From NCBI RefSeq assembly GCF_009914755.1, contig NC_060945.1: 64,000 nucleotides of DNA; one strand, given 5' to 3'. Each line of letters opens with the position of its first letter. Position 1 is the first letter of the stretch. The DNA comes from the human T2T-CHM13v2.0 reference genome, Homo sapiens. The position numbers were made by a program, and so were the translations under genes. The notes under the pieces were generated by a model. The model was not told the DNA's origin. It did no database searches and saw only the letters and a list, made by a program, of their open reading frames with translations. This document shows positions 59,270 through 64,000 of this stretch, piece after piece.

Positions 59270-62200
59270 AGGGGACATCTGTAGTTTCAATTCTTTGAGG
59301 AGTTTCCAGCTATTTAACTGTTTTCCATGGTGTGTACCCTAATTTTCATTTCCACCTACAGTGTATGAGTTCCCCTTTCTCCAAAACCAAACCCCCATTC
59401 CAATTTGTTTTTGTTTTTGTTATTTTGAGACGGAGTCTCGCTCTGTCTCCAAGGCTGGAGCGCAGTGGCGCCATCTCGGCTCACTGCAACCTCTACCTCC
59501 CGGTTTCAAGCAATTCTCCTGTGTAGCTGGGACTACAGGCGCCCGCCACCACGCCCGGGTAATTTTTGTATTTTTATTTTTAGTAGAGACGGGGTTTCAC
59601 GATATTTGTCAGGCTGGTCTGAAACTCGTGACCTCAGGTGATCCACCCGCCTTGGCTTCCCAAAGTGCTGGGATTACAGACGTGAGCCACGGCTCCCAGA
59701 CCCTCCTATTTTTAAAAAAATTTTCTAGGAATATTCAATAAGTGTGAGACTATCTGCGTGTGGTTTTGAATTACAGTATTCTAATGAATAGTTAATTTTG
59801 AGGACCTTATCTCTTATCTGTTGTTCGATTTTATATCTGTGCAGAATTGTCTCTTCAGGTTATTTGCGAAATATTAGATTGGATTCTTTTTCTACTTTGT
59901 ACTCTTTTTTGTGTACACGTTAGTTGACAACTCCTCGTGAATTACATGATTGCCTGAAATTTTTGCATAATCTATGGGATGCTTTTTTATTTGGAAAGTA
60001 GTTTTCTTTGCTATGCAGAAACTTTTCACGTTGATGTAGTCCCATATTTTTTTTTTTTTGCGTTTTATGCGTGTCATAATGGTCACCCATATTAGAAAAT
60101 ATGCATCAGTAACAAAGCATTTAATTGTCAGTGAGGTTTTTCTTCCAGGGTGTTTGTTTCTTTTCCTCTTTGCAAAGGTTAACAGAGATTCAAGTGACCC
60201 AAAATATATGCTCAACCTGTGTTTTACTTAAGTAAACACAGTAATTTTTTAAAAAACATTTTGTGGTTTATGGTATTTTGTTTTGGCCTTCAGTTGATGG
60301 GGGGGGCGGTTGATTTTCATACATCGTGTAAAATAAGGGTCCTGTTTCTCGCTTTTGCATCCGGATATCATTTTTCTCAAAGCTATTCATTGATCAGACT
60401 CTGCCTTCCACGTTGTGGTGTTCTTTATCAAAGTCAGTTGACTGTGTCCATATTTGTGTTGTTTTTGTCCTCCCTGTTTTTGTCCATAGTTCTAGGTATT
60501 TCTTTTTATGCAAGTACCATATATCTACTGCATAACTACAACTTGGCAATTTAATTTGATATCAAGGATTATGGGTTCTCACTTTGATTGTATTTCTCAA
60601 GATTCCTTTAGATATTCATTGCTTTTGTGGTTCCCTGTGATTTTTAGCACTATGTATTTATTTCTGTTAATTTTTTTACAACATAAAGGGCCATAATTAG
60701 GGGTACATTTTTATACATATATATTGGGTAATGATCAAATCAGGGTACTTAGGATCTCTATTCCCTCATACAGGTATTATTTTTGTGTAAAGAGAACATT
60801 CAAAATTCTCCTTGCTCTTTAGAAAAATGTAATACGGTTAAGTCCAGTCACCAGGCTGAGGAGAACACTCAGATTTATTCTTTTAATGTTAAGATAACTT
60901 TGTTTCCATAACCAATCCTTCTCCATTCCCCTTCTGTCTCCCGGACTCTGGTAACCAATATTGTGCTTTCTACTTCTTTAAGATAAACATCTTAAGATTT
61001 CACATGAGTGGTATCATGCAGTGTTTGTCTTTCTAGGCCTAGCTCATCACATTTAACATAATGTTTTCCAGGTTCATCTGGGTTGCTCTAAATGACACTG
61101 TTTGATTATTCTGATAGCCGAAGAATATTCCCCAGTGTATGTATATGAGAGTTTCTTGATCTCTTTATCTGTGGGTGAACAGGTAGGTTGAATGTATAGC
61201 CAGTAGTGGGACTGCTAGATGGTATGGTATTTCCTTTTTTTTTTTCTATTGTTTGCAGGACCCCCAACTGTTTTTTATAGTGTTAATACCAATTTACATT
61301 TCCACAAACAGTCCCCCTTTCTGGAAATTCATACTAGGAATTTTCTTTTTAAATATTTTAATCTTTTTGTGATGTTCATTCTAGTTGGAGTGAGATAAGA
61401 TCTGAGAGTGGTTTTGATCTACATTTTTCTCATGAGTAGTAATGTTAACCACGTTTTTATAAATGTTGAATCTGTTTTCTGTCTTCTTTGCACAAATATC
61501 TACTCAGGTTATTTGCCCAATTTTGGTCTGGTTATTTCTCTGTTGTTTTGTTTTTTTGCCAGCTGTTAGTGTTACTGGCTTGTGCCTTTTCAAAAGTAAC
61601 CTGTTATCCACTGTATGTTTGCCCAAACTTTTCTTATAAGTTTTAGTATGCCTTTTCATTTTGTTCGTTCTTTCCTTTTTTGGGCACAAATTCTTCAGTT
61701 TGATGAGGTACCACATGTGTATAATTTCTTGGTTAGTGTGCTATTGTTTACTAATCAAGAAAAAACAAAATCAGTGCCAAAGCAGTCCATTGTCAGTGAT
61801 TTTTCCCTTGTATTTTTGTTACTTTTTGCAAACTGTGAGCATACATCCAAGTTTCCCTAAATATACACACACTCGAGGTTGTGTTTATAAGAGCTTTATG
61901 GTTGCAAGTTTTGTGAATTATTTCTGTATTATTTAGTACCACACTTTTTGTATTATTTAGTACACTAAATATATTTTGTATTATTTAGTATAAATACAAA
62001 ATAATACAAAATAAAAATATTTTTTATTATTTAGTACACACTATTTGTATTATTTAGTACCACACTTTTTGCAAACCGTGAGCATACATCCAAGCTTCCC
62101 TAAATATACACACACTCGAGGTTGTGTTTATAAGAGCTTTATGGTTGCAAGTTTTGTGAATAATCTTTAATCCTTTTGAGTTAAAGTGTTTTTTTTGGTA

Positions 62201-64000
62201 CCACAAGAGTCCTGTATTATTTAGTACCACAAGAGTCCTGTATTATTCTTTTGCATATGGATATCTAGTTTTGGAAACCTTCCCCATTGTGTTGTTTTGG
62301 TGGTGTTTTGAAAAATGTGTTCACTCTGTGTAAATTTGTGTTTATTATTGAGCGCTCTCATTTTGCTCACTGGTCTGTGTTTCTCTGTGTATGCCAGTAA
62401 CATATGGATTGGTTAACTAGGGATTTTCGTTTAATTCGAACTCAGGGAATGTGATGCAGCCCATATGGTTTGTATTTCTCAGGATTGCTTTAGAAATTCA
62501 GGGTGTTTCGTATTTCCACATAAATTTTGGCATTGTTTCTTTGTATTTCTTAAAACACTATTTGCCATACACTAAGTGTATATAAGTAGAGGGTACAAGG
62601 AAGATTTCGATACATGTATATGTTGAGTAATGAAAAAATCAAGTTATTTAGCATCTCTTCACCTCATAGTTACTACTTTTTGAGTGGTAACAACATTCAG
62701 AATCTTTCCTTCTAGCTACTTTGAAATATATGATACATTTGTATTAAGGCTAGTCACCCTGCTGTAGAATAGAAGACCAGAATTGATTACTGTCATCTAA
62801 GAGTAACTTTGTACCCATTACTGATTCCTTCCCCGACCCTCTCCACCTCCCCAGCAGCCTCTGGTAATCCCTATTGAACTTTCTACTTCTAGGAGATAAA
62901 GCTTTTTTCAGTCTACATGTCTGAGATCACGTGGCATGGGACTTTCTCTGCCAGGCTCATTTGTTGGACCTGATGTTCTCCAGGTTTCTTCATGTGGCTG
63001 CAGATGGCAGGATTTCCCAAAGCTTTATGGCTGAAACATATTCCGTGGTGTATCTGTATGGCAGTTTCTTCATCCCTGAAGCTGTGTACGGACAGGTAGG
63101 TTGGTTTTGTATCTTGGCCACAGTTAGGGGTGCTTTAGTACCCATGGGAAGGCAGGTAACTCTCTTCAACCTAGGGATTTCAAGTGCTTTAATTGTGGAA
63201 CCAGTGATGGGGCTTCTAGCTGACATGGTAGTTGTACTGTGAATTTTTTCAGGAACCTCTAGCTGTTTTTCATAGTGTGTATACTAATTTACATCCCCAC
63301 CAATAGCATTTAAGAGGTTTCTCTTCTGTAAGTCTACACTGGCTGTCACCTTTAAAAATTTGTGTTTTGTTTGTCTTTGGTAGTATTCATTCTGAGTGGA
63401 ATGAGATGGACTCTTAGTGTGGTTTTTGTGGACATTTTTGTGAGGATTGGTGATGTCGAGAAAGTTATTTGAGAAATCCCCACATCGTTTTCCATGGTGT
63501 CTGAACTAGTTTGCATTTCTACCAACAGCAGACCAGCATCCTCTCCTCCTCTGCCTCGCTGGCATTCATTCTTGTGGACTGTGTCATAATTGTCATTCCG
63601 ACCAGTGTGAAATACTATCTCATGGGCCTTTTGCTTTGCATTTCTCTGATGATTACTGAGGTAGAGAAATGTCCTGTCCGTTGGTTGCTATAAACCTTCC
63701 TTTGAGATGTGTGTTTTCATGCCCTTTGCCCTTTCTTCACTGAGTTTTTGTTTTGCTGATTTATTTGCTTAACATTTTTGAGGTAGATCCTGGAAATCAG
63801 ACTTCATGAGATGCATATGTGGGGACATTTTCTCCCATTGTGTAGGCTTTCTGTTTACTCTGTTGGTAATTTCTTCTGCTGTTCAGCAGCTCTTTTATAT
63901 ATTAGGTCCCACTTGTCAATAATTGTTTTAGTTGCACTTGCTTTTGGGGACTTAGGCATATCCATGCTGTGCCAAATCCTCTGTCAGGAAGTGTATTTCC
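59270..64000 (-). mobile_element. Series of degenerate antisense L1 (L1MA-like) 3' fragments
   Basis: Antisense ORF2-C peptides (WDYINVKSFCIAK, WYLIKLKNLC, TWNQP-like) and L1MA 3' UTR starts at ~60675 and ~62560. Confidence 0.8.
59404..59702 (-). mobile_element. AluS with internal deletion
   Basis: Antisense dimer; caattctcct|gtgtagctggg. Confidence 0.9.

Overview
Primate (probably human or other hominoid) genomic DNA, dominated by repeats, with no intact protein-coding gene. It reads as a mosaic of duplicated blocks. (1) About 1-4.4 kb: Alu-rich, intron-like sequence with an orphan minus-strand exon-like segment. (2) About 4.4-35.6 kb: a block very dense in minisatellites (26-, 45-, 49- and 110-bp units), GATA/GA tracts, locally duplicated Alus and templated-insertion scars. 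I infer it resembles Xp/Yp pseudoautosomal or subtelomeric DNA (unverified). (3) About 35.6-53 kb: an L1-rich block with a vomeronasal type-1 receptor (V1R) pseudogene broken by only an AluY and one frameshift, plus a full-length, probably chimeric L1PA with no target-site duplication. (4) About 57.6-64 kb: a CpG-island promoter and first-exon candidate, followed by tandemly repeated old L1 fragments. The most interesting signals are a 14-copy 45-bp array pairing forkhead and NKX2 motifs, several short-range templated DNA insertions, a recurrent Alu substitution confined to one block, and the nearly intact V1R. I found no convincing novel protein-coding system. Repeat subfamily names are from recognition by eye, and coordinates are approximate to a few bases unless stated.
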